A stretch of 64,000 nt of DNA from positions 9,362,001 through 9,426,000 of the forward strand of contig NC_086098.1 in NCBI RefSeq assembly GCF_963921235.1, in the 5' to 3' direction. Shown in pieces: positions 39,443-50,952 of the stretch. The notes under the pieces were generated by a model that saw nothing but the letters and a program-made list of their open reading frames with translations, made no database searches and was not told the DNA's origin. The position numbers and the translations under genes were made by a program. This DNA is from Mobula hypostoma. Lineage: Eukaryota. Numbering within the stretch: the first letter of the stretch is position 1; each line of letters begins with the position of its first letter.

Positions 39443-40095
39443 ATGATTATGATTATGAGGACACGCAGTTCCTCCTTTATTATCATTTAGTAATGAATGC
39501 ATTAAGAAATGATACAATGTTTTTCCAGAATCATATCAAGGAAATACATGACAAACCGACTTAAAAACTAACAAAAACCACATAATTATAACATATAGTC
39601 ACAACAGTGCAAAGCAATACTGTAATTTGATAAGAACAGACCATGGCATGGTAAAAGTCTCCAAGTCTCTCGAAAGTCCCATCATCTCACACAGACGGTG
39701 AACCTCCAGCACCGCAAACTTTCCGGTGCAGCATCCTGGAAGCATCCGACCACAGTCCAACTCCGAGTCCGTCCGAAAACTCTGAGCCTCCAACCAGCTC
39801 TCCGACACCGAGCACCGAGCACCATCTCTGCTGAGCGCTTCGACCCCAGCCCGGGCAACAGGCAATAGGCAAAGCCGAGGATTTGGGGCCTTCGTCTCCG
39901 GAGATTCTTGATCGCACAGTAGCAGCGGCAGCGAAGCGGGCATTTCAGAAGTTACTCCAGGTGTTCCGCTGTGCTTCTCACGGCTGTCTCCATCAAATCC
40001 GGATTGTGCATGGCCCCCCCTACTTACACATAATCGATATTTATTTGGAACGGCTGCGCACACTGCGTCGCGCCACCATCTTCTCCTCCCTCCCC
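39443..40095 (-). mobile_element. Non-autonomous LINE-derived element with GC-rich head, inserted in a CR1 fragment
   Basis: Minus strand starts ggagaagatggtggcgcgac and ends aataaa...(cataat)n; CR1 sequence on both sides (39400-39442, 40096-40325). Confidence 0.6.
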
Positions 40096-40529
40096 TTAGG
40101 GTGAAAAGTAAAATATTTAAGAAGAACCTGAAGGGCAGTCTTCACACAGGGTGGTGCAAGTGTGGAATAAGCTGCCAGTGAAAGTGGCAGATGCAAGTTT
40201 ATTTGTAACACTTAAGAAGTTTTGATAGCTGCATAGCTGTGGTCCAGGTGCAGGTTAATTGGACTAGGGATAAGATGGACTAGATGGGCCGAAGGGACTG
40301 TTTCTGCGCTGTAGTATTCAATGACAATGTCATACTCAAGGTTAGTTCCAATTATCCACTGAGATGAAACTATTAACATATCTAACAGCATAGGATCTAC
40401 GCTTGTTCAAAATTCCAAAATCCATAAACCTCCGAGATCCAAAATTTCCTTCAGCCCTGACATGACATCACAAGTGGAAAATTCCACAAAGTGTCACAGA
40501 GGCAGACTCAGTGTCAGATACCCGACTGC

Positions 40530-41200
40530 AGTGGTCATCCCCCTTACAGATTTCAAAGTGATATACCCGTTGTTGACAGGATAGCCACAGGGTTACTCTG
40601 CACTGGCTCCTTAACCTGTTTCCCCTTCCTGACTGTTACCCAGTTTCCTGTGTCCTGCACCTTGGAGGTACCTACCTCTCTATATGCCCTTTCTCTCATC
40701 CCCTCAGCCTCTCAAATGATCCGAAGTTCATCCAGTTCCAGCTCCAGCTCCTTAACATAGCTTGTTAGAAGCTGCAACTGGATGCCCTTCTCACAGTTGT
40801 AGTCATCAGGGACACTGGAGGTCTCCTTGCCTTCCCACATCCTGCAAGAGGAGCATTCAATTTTCCTGCCTGGAATCTCTACTGTCCTAGCTGAGCAGAT
40901 ATAAAGAAGGGAAGGAAAAAGAAACTTTGCCTAGAGCTTTTCTTTTTTGCCTTCTCTGAATCAAGTCGTGAAGAGCTAAAGCCACCACTCTGATTCTGCC
41001 CACTACAACGATGTCCACTGTGACGATTGCCTCTGGACTTGCCCCTGCTTTCCTTTAATTTGCTCTTGCTAATCAATCCTAAACGCCGATTGATCACTGG
41101 TAAGAGCTCCCAATAAATTGTCACGATTCACCACTGCCTTTTTCAACTTGGTCAATGGACTTGAGTGAAATCCCCTCCTCTCAATCTTATGACGTCCGGA
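40530..41200 (-). mobile_element. CR1 5' region with ORF1 N-terminus
   Basis: Minus strand translates IECSSCRMWE...DDYNCEKGIQLQLL..VKELELELDELRII (zinc finger plus coiled coil). Confidence 0.75.
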
Positions 41201-41825
41201 TTCGTTGCTGGTCAGAGCTCCAAAAAAACACATGTAGTTGCATGCACTTACAGTAGAACAAAGAAATTTAATAGAATCAATGAAGCCTGCATACAAACAC
41301 CGACAAGCAACCAATGTGCAAAAGAAGACAAGCTGTGCAAATAAAAAGGTAATCAATAATACTGAGAACATGGGTTGCAGAGTCCTTAAAAGTGTGTTTG
41401 TAGGTTGTAAAATCAGTTCATAATTGTCGTAAATGAAGTTATCTAAGCTGGTTCAGAAGTCTGATGGTTGTAGGGTAATGACTGTACCTGAACCTGGCAG
41501 TATGGGACCTAGGGTGTGGGCAGTTTACGTATCAGTGCCTAGACTTTGGAGCCAGATTTCAGCATTATCATGGCTGTGTCAAAGTCAGTTGCATGACCTG
41601 GAAAAGATCACCGTTCTTTGACAGTAAGTTTCATTGTTTGACTACCACTGCTGCTGTAGTTGCAGTAAAGATTAATTAGTGATTCAATTGCTGCAGAGTA
41701 TAACCACAATCTATCATATCTAGTTAATATTTGGTTCTTTTCATCCCTCCGTTAGTAAGTGGGCGTGCAATGTTGTAGCTTGTTGATGCAAAACGACATA
41801 CTTCGCTGTATGTTTTGATGTACAG

Positions 41826-42592
41826 AGGAGGCCATGAACTGACATGTTGGAATGGGAATGGGAAGTAGATTTGAAATGGGTTACACTGGGAGCTGCCACT
41901 TTTTTTGACACGGGTGCTCAGCGAAGCAGTCTCCCAATCTACATCGGCTCACCAATAACAGAAGGCCACATTGGGAGCACCCCAACTGTAGATGACCCCA
42001 ACAGACTCACAGGTGAAGTGTTGCCTCAGCTGGAAGGACTGTTTCCCATTCCAACATATCAGTGCATAGCCTTCTCTATTGCTGCGATGAGGCCATACTG
42101 AGGTTGGAGGAACAGCACCTTATATTCCTTCTAGGCAGCCTCCAACCTGATGACACGTACATCGATTTCTTGAACTTCCAGTAATTGCCCCCATCCCATC
42201 CTTTACTATTCCCATTCCCATTTCCCTCTCTCACCTTATCTCCTGACCTGCCCATCGCCTCCCTTTGGTGCGCCTCCCCCTCCCTTTCTTCCATGGTCTT
42301 CTAGCCTCTCCTATGAGATTCCCCCTTCTCCGGCCCGTTATCTTGTTCACCTGTCAGCTTCCCTGCTGTTTACTTCACCCCTCCCCCTTTACTAGTTTCA
42401 CCTATCTCCTATCTCCTTGTACTTCTTCTTCCCCTCCCCTAACCTTCTTATCTTTTTTTTCCAGTCATGATGAAGGGTCCAGCCCGAAACATCAACTCTT
42501 TTCTCTCTTCCACAGATGCTCCCTGGCCTGCTGAGTTCCCCCAGCATTTTGTGTGTTGCTTAGATTTCCAGCTTCTGCAGATTTTCTCATCT
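41826..42592. mobile_element. Penelope-like element with inverted 5' segment
   Basis: 41826-42044 is antisense GIY-YIG-region sequence; 42045-42592 is the sense 3' end with a degenerate hammerhead near 42463-42497. Confidence 0.75.
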
Positions 42593-42743
42593 TTAAAGCC
42601 AACTCCTGAAGTGATTTAGTTCCCATCTTTTTCCCTCCTCAGTATAACTTGTAATAATAGCTTAAAATTTTCCAATATGTTGTCATTTTTACCTGGCTTC
42701 CAAAACCACACATTCCAGAATTTAAAATTCTGCACCACACCCT

Positions 42744-43101
42744 CATAGAACAGAAACTTACAGCGCATTACAGGCCCTTCTGCACACAATACTGTGCTGA
42801 CCATGTAACCTATTCTAGAGACTACCTAGAATTACCCTAGCACATAGCCCTCTATTTTTCTAAGCTCAGTATACCTATCTAAGAAGGTCTTAAAAGATCC
42901 TTTTGTATCCGCTTTCCACCACCGCCGCTGGCAGTGCATTCCAGACACCCACTGCTCTCTGTGTGATAAACTTACCCCTGACATCCCCTCGGTACCTATT
43001 CCCAAACACCTTAAAACTATGCCCCCTCGTGTTAGCCAATTCAGCCCTCGGAAAAAGCCTCTGGGTATCCACACGATCAATGCCTCTCGTCATCTTATAC
43101 A
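42744..43101 (-). mobile_element. CR1 LINE 3' end
   Basis: VYKMTRGIDRVD.QRLFPR...RGHSFKV. Confidence 0.85.
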
Positions 43102-43225
43102 CCTGATGAAAGGTCTCGGCCCGAAACGTTATCTCCATAGATGGTGCCTGGCCTGCTGAGTTCCTCCAGCACAACACACACTTGTGTCCCCACAGCCAAA
43201 CCCAAAATATTTGCAGCTTCAAATT
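43102..43225 (+). mobile_element. Penelope-like terminal fragment with CTGATGA...GAAAC core
   Basis: cctgatgaaaggtctcggcccgaaacgtt. Confidence 0.7.
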
Positions 43226-43471
43226 CATTAATGTTAACATCCATTTTAGCAGTATTTTAACAGTCTTAATAAAAGATGAGCCTGTAAATTGATGCCATAT
43301 GCCTTGGCGAGAGGAGGTCTTCTTAAGTAAAGAATGGAGGTCACCTATTATATCATCAGTGCACTAACATGGTCCTCATGGCAGGACCCTGAACTTCCCA
43401 CAAAGAATTTAAATCCTTTGGGTATCTGACACTTTGGAGTCTAGTAGCAAGCTCTGCTGTGGAAACTTATA

Positions 43472-44635
43472 AATCAGGATCAGAATCAGGTTTATTATCA
43501 CCGGCAGGTGACGTGAGATTTGTTAACTTAGCAGCAGCAGTTCAATGTAATACATAATCTAGCAGAGAGTGAGAGAAAAAAAAATAAAATAAAACATAAT
43601 AAATAAACAAGTAAATCAATTAAGGTATACATATATTGAATAGATTAAAAAACATGCAAAAAGCAAAAATATTGTGTATTAAAATAAGTGAGGTAGTGAA
43701 CAAAGGTTTAATGTCCATTTAGAAATCAGGTGGCAGAGAGGAAGAAGCTGTTCCTGAATCACTGAGTGTGTGCGTTTGGGCTTCTGCACCTCCTACCTGA
43801 TGGTAACAGTGAGAAAAGGGCATGCCCTGGGTGCTGGAGGTCCTTAATAATGGATACTGCCTTTTCTGAGACACCGCTCCCTAAAGGTGTCCTGGGTACT
43901 TTGTAGGCTAGTACCCAAGGTGGAGCTGACTAGGTTTACAACCCTCTGCAGTTTCTTTCGGTCCTGTGCTGTAGCGCTCCCCCCACCATACCAGACAGTA
44001 ATGCAGCTGTCAGAATGCTCTCCACGGTACATCTGGAGAAGTTTTTGAGTGTATTTGTTGACATGCCAAATCTCTTCAAACTCCTAATGAAGTATAGCCA
44101 CTGTCTTGCCTTCTTTATAACTACATTGATATTTTGGGATCAGGTTAGGTCCTTGGAGATCTTGACACCCAGGAGCTTGAAACTGCTCACTCTCTCCACT
44201 TCTGATCCCTCTATGAGGATTGGTATGTGTTCCTTTGTCTTACCCTTCCTGAAGTCCACTGACTTTTTCATCTTACTGACATTGAGTGCCAGGTTGTTGC
44301 TGCGACACCACTCCACTAGTTGGCATATCTCACTCCTGTACGTCCCGACGTCACCACCTGAGATTCTACCAACAATGGTTGTATCGTCAGCAAATTTATA
44401 GATGGTATTTGAGCTGTACCTAGCCATACAGTCGTGTGTATATAGAAAGTAGAACAGTGGGCTAAGCACACACCCCTGAGCTGCGCCAGTGTTGATCGTC
44501 AGTGAGGAGGAGATGTTATCACCAATCCGCACAGATTGTGGTCTTCCGGTTAGGAAGTCGAGGATCCAATTGCAGAAGGAGGTACAGAGGCCCAGGTTCT
44601 GCAACTTGTCAATGGGGATTGTGGGAATGATGAAC
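43472..44635 (-). mobile_element. Rex1/Babar-type LINE RT to 3' end
   Basis: [18 protein letters not shown]...QGCVLSPL...[10 protein letters not shown]; (aatcag)n tail. Confidence 0.88.
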
Positions 44636-44794
44636 TATAATGAAATGGTACAGACTTCAATATTTTAAGAGTTGATGTGTGTGCACTTTGCAGTGCAAGG
44701 TGGATGTGCCTCTATAACAGGGGTTCCTAACCTTCTTTATGCAATGGACCCCTACCATTAACTGAGGGGTCTGTGGACTCTTGGGAACCCCTGA

Positions 44795-45047
44795 TCTATC
44801 ATCCCCCAGCCTCTACTTCTCTCCCCACCCACTCACCTTCCCCCTCACCCGGTTTCTCCTGGCATCTGTCAATTTGTACTCCTTCCCTCTCCCTCCACCC
44901 ACCATCTTATACTGGCTTCTTTCCCTTTCTTTTCCAGTATTGATGAAGGTCTCAGCCCAAAACTGTTTATTCCCCTCCATGGATGCTGCTTGACTTGCTG
45001 AGTTCCTCTGGTATTTTGTGTGTATTGCTCTGGATTTCCAGCATCTG
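44795..45047 (+). mobile_element. Penelope-like terminal fragment
   Basis: ttccagtattgatgaaggtctcagcccaaaac...gatgctgcttgacttgctgagttcc. Confidence 0.65.
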
Positions 45048-45099
45048 TGTTTAGGATAACCAGGGATGTAGATTACTTGTTTTTGTGTCTCAGTGGATT

Positions 45100-45605
45100 A
45101 ATACAAAAGCAGAGAAGTCATCCTAAAACTCTATAAAACATTAGTTAGGTCACACTGAGAATATTGTTTATATTTCTGGTCAGTATGATACAGGAATAAT
45201 ATAGAAAGAGAGAAAAGGAGATTTACGAGGATATTATCAGGACTGAAGAATTGTAGTTATGAGAAGAGTGACTTGGCTGCTGTGGTTTTCTTCAGATTGT
45301 AGGAGACAAAGAAATGTAGTTGAGGTCTATTAAGCTGTGCAGGCCTAGACAGAATAAATGGAAAAGACACAATTCCTTTAGCAGTAACTAGAAGAATATA
45401 GATTTATTTAAGTGGTAGAAGGATGGGACGGGGATGATTTAAATAAAATATTTCGCTCAGTGAACGGAGGGGTCTATAATTTATCTGCTGAGAGGGTAAT
45501 GGAGGCAAAAACTCTCAGCCTGTTTAGCAAGTACTTGGATGAGCACTTTAAGAGAGCATTACAACAGGCGTGGACCAAATGGAGATCTTCTGTGCTGTAA
45601 ATGTC
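45100..45605 (+). mobile_element. Old CR1 LINE 3' fragment
   Basis: ctctataaaacattagttaggtcacactgagaatattg; RVMEAKTLSLFSKYLDEH. Confidence 0.6.
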
Positions 45606-46082
45606 TGATTTCATGAAATTCACTTTTTTACTGATGGTTGACTGAATGATAGAGTTCTTCCAAATAACTCTCCTGACTGTGTACGATTGTTTTCTCGTTG
45701 CTCTTCTCTGATTGTCAGAGAAAGTGCTTTCTTGTGCGTTGATGAACCGTTATTGTAAGATTGTGAACTGCACTATAATAATTAAAAGTGATTAACCACC
45801 TTTTGTTGTTCCAATCCAGAGTGCATGATGGTTCATTCTGCCAGTGCCACCTGCAGGTTGGAGACGGCATTGCAAGACAACGGGGCTTTGCATTGAAATT
45901 ATGGAGATTTGTCATCTCTGTAAAATGCCAAGCTCCCAGTCTAACTGGGTATTGCTATGAAATACTTTGCAGGTTCATATGTCTTGCAGTATTTGTGACT
46001 GGATGTGTTTCTAATGTAGCTTTACCAATTTTGCAGATTTTCTTTACAGCTATAACTCACACCTACAGTGCACACCTGCATA

Positions 46083-47935
46083 TTAGATTAGATTAGATTC
46101 AACTTCATTGTCATTGTGCCGAGTACAGATACAAAGCCAATGAAATGCAATTAGCAGCTGACCAGAAGTGCAAAAGAATAGCCAGTCAGTCAGTCAGTGG
46201 GTGCTGTCCCAAATCCGGGGTTGGCGGCTATGCACTTCCATCTTCTTCGATCTTGCGCTCTTTTTCTGGCCTCGGCATAACTCAACCCAGTCCATTGCCT
46301 CACATTATCGTACCAAGTGGTTCGCTGCCTTCCTCTTTCCCTCTTTCCTTCTATTGTCCCATCCAATAACAATTCCTGCAGTCCACCACCTCTTAACAAG
46401 TGCCCGGCATATTCCAGCTTCCTTTTCTGCACATTCTTCAGCAACTCCTTTTCTCTCCTCGCTCTCTTCAACACTTCCATATTACTGACCTTCATCACCC
46501 ATCTAATTTTCTGCATTCTCCTTAAACACCACATTTCAAATGCCTTCAGTCGTCACTGTGCTTCCTTGCAAAAGGTCCACGATTCGACTCCATACAACAG
46601 ACTGCTCCAGATGTAGCATTTCCAAATTCTACAACGCAGCCCAGAGTCCAACCTCTTGCCACACAGCACATCACTCAGGCTCCAGAACGCTGATCTTGCA
46701 ATCTCAATTCTTCGTCTAATTTCTGTATCACATTTCCCATCCTCTGTGACCAGCTGTCCCAAGTACACAAACTTCTTGACTTGCTCTATGCCTATGCCGT
46801 TAATTTTGATACTGATTTTGGGGACTTCTTTCTTCCGTGATACTACTACCATCATCTTCGTCTCTGCGGCATTTATTTTCATTCCAAATCGTTCTCCTTC
46901 AGCATTTATCTTATCTACTATTCTGAGTAACTCGTCCTCAGTCTCGGCTAACAACACTGAATCATCTGCATAGCTCAAGTTGCTCACCATCACTCCACCA
47001 ATTTGGACACCAGCTTCATCATTCAACACCCTAAAGATTACCTCTGAGTAAATGTTAAATAATAAAGGGGAGATAATGCAGCCCTGGTGAACCCCTTTTT
47101 GGATCTCAACTTTCAGTGAATTCCCACCACTAGTTCTTATTACTGCCTTCTGATGCCAGTACAGACTCACAATCAGTCGAACATCTTTCCCATCCAGTCC
47201 CAGTGAGTTCAGGCAATTGACCAGCTGTTCATGATTGACTCGGTCAAAAGCTTTTTCGTAATCCAGGAAGCACATGTAAATGTCTTTCTTTTTTTCTAGA
47301 CCTCGTTCCACAATTATTCGCAAATTGAAAATCCCTTCACGGGTGCCCTTACCCGGTATAAATCCGCTCTGGCACTCATTAATTTCATTAAGAACTGTCC
47401 TTTTTATTCTGCTTATAAGTATTATTAACAAGATCTTGGAGGCATGATTTATAAGACTTATAGTTCTAAAGTCTGAACATTTCGTGCTCTTACTTTTCTT
47501 TGGGATCATGACAAACACTGACACCACAAAATCTGCTGGCCACTTTCCTGTTGAGTAGATTGTATTGCAAAGCCTCGTGATCTCCTATAGTATTATTTAC
47601 AAAATAACTGCGAATAAAAAGTTAGTGCTACAGCACACAAATATAAAAGTACTGAGACAGTCCAATATGGGTGCAGTACTGCTTAGCGCTGTGATGTGAG
47701 GTTCAGCAGGGTCACAGCCTCAGGGAAGAAGCCCTTCCTGAGCCTGCTGGTGCGGGAGAGGAGGCTCCTGTAGCGCCTACCGGATGGGAGGAGAGTAAAA
47801 GGTCCATGGTTATGCTGAGATGCATCCTTGATAACGCTTTTTGCCCTGCCCAGGCAGCGTTTATGGTAGACGTCCTCAATGGTGGGCAACTGGGTGCCAA
47901 TAATCCGCAGGGCAGTTTTCACCACACGCTGGAGT
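46083..47935 (-). mobile_element. Rex1/Babar-type LINE 3' end (46083-46180 and about 47586-47935), split by an RTE insertion
   Basis: LQRVVKTA.RIIGTQLP.IED...LLPSGRRYRS; (ttaga)n tail. Confidence 0.8.
46181..47585 (-). mobile_element. Young, 5'-truncated RTE-clade LINE
   Basis: RT motifs RTISLINHASKIL, FLDYEKAFDRV, QGCIISPLLFN, LSYADD and EGKRERGRQR; a single in-frame stop at 46553-46555; (ctga)n tail. Confidence 0.9.
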
Positions 47936-48087
47936 GGAGTGCTCAACCTCCCAGCGTAGATCCTGCTATTCTAATTTTAGTGTACTCTTTTTCTCAATTA
48001 ATGATGATCCCAATTGGAACTATTACTTTTATAGATGGATTGTTCCAATGTACTTGATAACCAACTTATGTTACATTTGTATTCTAG

Positions 48088-48294
48088 GTTAAACTCCCCT
48101 TTCCAATAGATCAAATCACAGATCTTCCAAGGAATGATTTCCAAATGATGGTAAAGATGCACAAATTAACCTCTGAGCAGTTAGAGTTTATTCACGATGT
48201 CCGCCGGCGCAGTAAAAATCGGATTGCAGCCCAGCGTTGTCGGAAGCGAAAACTTGACTGCATTCAGAACTTGGAATGTGAAATTCAGAAGTTG
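48088..48294 (+). CDS. BACH2: BACH2 CNC/basic-region exon
   Basis: Acceptor ttctag|GTT, donor TTG|gtgagt; 207 nt. Translates [69 protein letters not shown], a CNC-bZIP basic region. Confidence 0.97.
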
Positions 48295-48482
48295 GTGAGT
48301 GTTTATTTAAACCCAACTATTTGTTGTCAAAGTTAGATGAATTTTTGTTCACTGCTTGCATTATAATTGGCTATGGCAGTAAAATATTCTTATATTCTCA
48401 TCTTGGGGAGGAGCCATGGGTTTGTATCTAGACACCAATCTACAGAGAAATAATTGACTTCAAAGTGGCCTAACGATATGTC

Positions 48483-48711
48483 AAACATGAGAAAATCTGC
48501 AGATGCTGGAAATCCAAGCAACACACACAAAATGCTAGAGGAACTCAGCAGGTCAGGCAGCATCTATTGACAAGCGTAAACAGTCGACGTTACGGGTTGA
48601 GACCTTTCATCAGGACTGCCCTGAGGGTTTCAGTCAAAGAAGTCAGTTGTTTCCGTTTTTTCATAGATGCAGTCTGAATGGTCGAGTTCCTCCCGCATTT
48701 TGTGTGTGTTG
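48483..48711. mobile_element. Penelope-like fold-back insertion
   Basis: Inverted arms; 13-bp TSD CTAACGATATGTC (48470-48482) / CTAATGATATGTC (48712-48724). Confidence 0.8.
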
Positions 48712-48769
48712 CTAATGATATGTCTTTGTGAGATATAGCACACAAACATGCCAGAGACCACAATCAAAT

Positions 48770-48990
48770 ACCCATCGTTACACCCAATCCTACTTTAACC
48801 TATTTTATCCTACCACTCACTTGAACATAAGGGGAAATTTACAATGACCAGTGAAGCACCACACATTTTGTCATGTAGGAGGAAAACAGGGTGCTTGAAG
48901 GAAACTCACACAGGTATGGTACAGGAATAACGTGCAAACTCCACTCCAACGGCACTGGAAGTCACAGTTAAACCTAGTTCTTTGGAGCTG
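48770..48990 (-). mobile_element. V-SINE (old)
   Basis: tgtaggaggaaaacagggtgcttgaaggaaactcacac...cgtgcaaactccac. Confidence 0.6.
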
Positions 48991-48993
48991 ACA

Positions 48994-49352
48994 AATCAAG
49001 TCAAGTTTATTGTCATTTAGCTATAAAAATGTATACCATCAAACAATGTTTCTCCAGACTATGGTGTAAAGCGCAATAGTACACATTAACAGACACAACA
49101 CACAATATCTTATAAAAGGAAGGATAAAATCTACAGATGAATCACGAATAAATAACAAACTAAAGTGCATAAATTGAATATTGTACAGCCCAGAACAAAT
49201 TAACCAGTGACACTTTAACTGCAGTGCGGCAGGGAGTTCAGAAGCCTTAATGGCCTGGGGGAAGAAACTGTTTCCCATCCCAACCGTTCTTGTTTTTATG
49301 CATCAGAGTCTCCTGCCTGATGGTAGAAAGTCAAAGAGGATGCTGGATGGAT
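48994..49352 (-). mobile_element. Rex1/Babar-type LINE 3' end
   Basis: SHPSSILFDFLPSGRRL...MGNSFFPQAI; (tcaag)n tail. Confidence 0.75.
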
Positions 49353-49509
49353 GCGAGGCAGCAGCTCTCTCCATTCTGTGCCATCCTGTTATCTTGGAGC
49401 TCATTTTACCATTAAGATATGTTAAACTCTTATCAACCTCAGGGCACATTAATAACACATTATGTAGTGTCACTGTTATTCTAAACATACTTCTATTATA
49501 AGCAATAAT

Positions 49510-50020
49510 TTGGGTGGAAAACCATCAGATGGAGTTTAATCCAGACAAGTGTGTATGTCTATATAAAATAAAAATAAATAAAGTGAGAGGCCATTTTTTT
49601 TGTGAGGTCAGATGCAAGTGGAAGGAGTTCACTAAATGGCGGGATCATTGGACCGTTATATGCAGGGGCATCTTGGGGTGCAAATCCACTGGACCCTGAA
49701 AATGGCAGTAAGAATGAATAAGGTAGTAAAGAGAGCTTGTCTCCATTTGTCAGGACATTGAGTATAAAAGTGGGAGGTCATGATGCAGTTGTATAAAGAT
49801 TTTGTTAGACCACCTATGGAGTATTGTGTGCAGTTCAGCTCGCCACGTTCAATGAAGAAAGCTGAGATTCTGGAGATGGGTAAGGGTTCACCAAGATGCT
49901 GCCTAGATTGGAGATAAGGAGATCGTGAACAAACTTGGATTGTTTTTGCTGGAGCATTGGAGGCTGAAGGATAACCTGATAAAAGTATATGGAATGATAA
50001 GAGGCATAGATAGGGTAGGT
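49510..50020 (+). mobile_element. Decayed CR1 LINE fragment
   Basis: QMEFNPDKC; gttagaccacctatggagtattgtgtgcagttc. Confidence 0.75.
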
Positions 50021-50021
50021 T

Positions 50022-50380
50022 ATCTCTTCTTCTCTTCCTCACTCTGGCTGCTTACCTCTTCTCACCTTCCCTGATGCCCCTCATTTTCTCTTCCTTCCAT
50101 GGTCTGCTCTTCCTCTCCTATCAAGTTTCTTCATCTCCAGCCCTTTTCCTTTCCCACCCACCTGGTTCCATCTATCACCTTCTAGCTAGCTTCCTTCCCC
50201 TCCCCCAACCTTTTCATACTGCTGCCTTCCCCCTTCCTTTCCAGTACTGAAGAAGGGTCTCAGCCCAAAACATCAACTGTTTATTAATTTCTGCAGATGT
50301 TGCCTGACCTGTTAAGTTCCTCCTGCCCATTTGGTGTGTGATGCTATTGGATTCCCAGCATCTGCAGAATCTCTTGTGTT
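50022..50380 (+). mobile_element. Penelope-like terminal fragment
   Basis: ccagtactgaagaagggtctcagcccaaaacatcaactg. Confidence 0.7.
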
Positions 50381-50827
50381 TAGGTAGTAGAGTCCTTTTC
50401 CTATTTGAAAATATCAAATAGTGGAAGGCAAGGTAGAGAGAGATACAGACCATGTGCATGAAGATGAGATTGGTTAGACTGGTATCATGGGGAGTACAGA
50501 TTTAGTGAGACAAAGGGCCTGTTCCTACTAGGGTGCACTATTCTGTGTTCCATGTATGTCATTAGAGTTTTTTCCTTAAATATTTCTCATGGATTCAAAG
50601 CCTGAACCAATTCCTTCAGATACTGACGGGCTCAAGCAAAATATGTTTGGCAGTACAAAGTAATAGATTAAAAATCTCAGTTTATAAATTGGAGTGTATT
50701 TTAATGAACTAAATAATTTACCTTTGACATGATGCATTTTTATTGCACTTTGAAGAATCATGCGCATTTTAAACACACACAAAGTCTGACTGCACTTGGC
50801 CATAATTAGCTGCAATATTAATTAGCA

Positions 50828-50952
50828 GAGTCCTGACAAAGGGTCTCAGCCCAAAACATTGACTGTTCATTGATGCTGTCTGACCTGCTGAGTTCCTCCA
50901 ACATTTTGTGTGGGTTGTTCTGGATTTCCAGCCTCTGCCGAATCTCTTGTAT
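50828..50952 (+). mobile_element. Penelope-like terminal fragment
   Basis: agtcctgacaaagggtctcagcccaaaacattgact. Confidence 0.7.
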
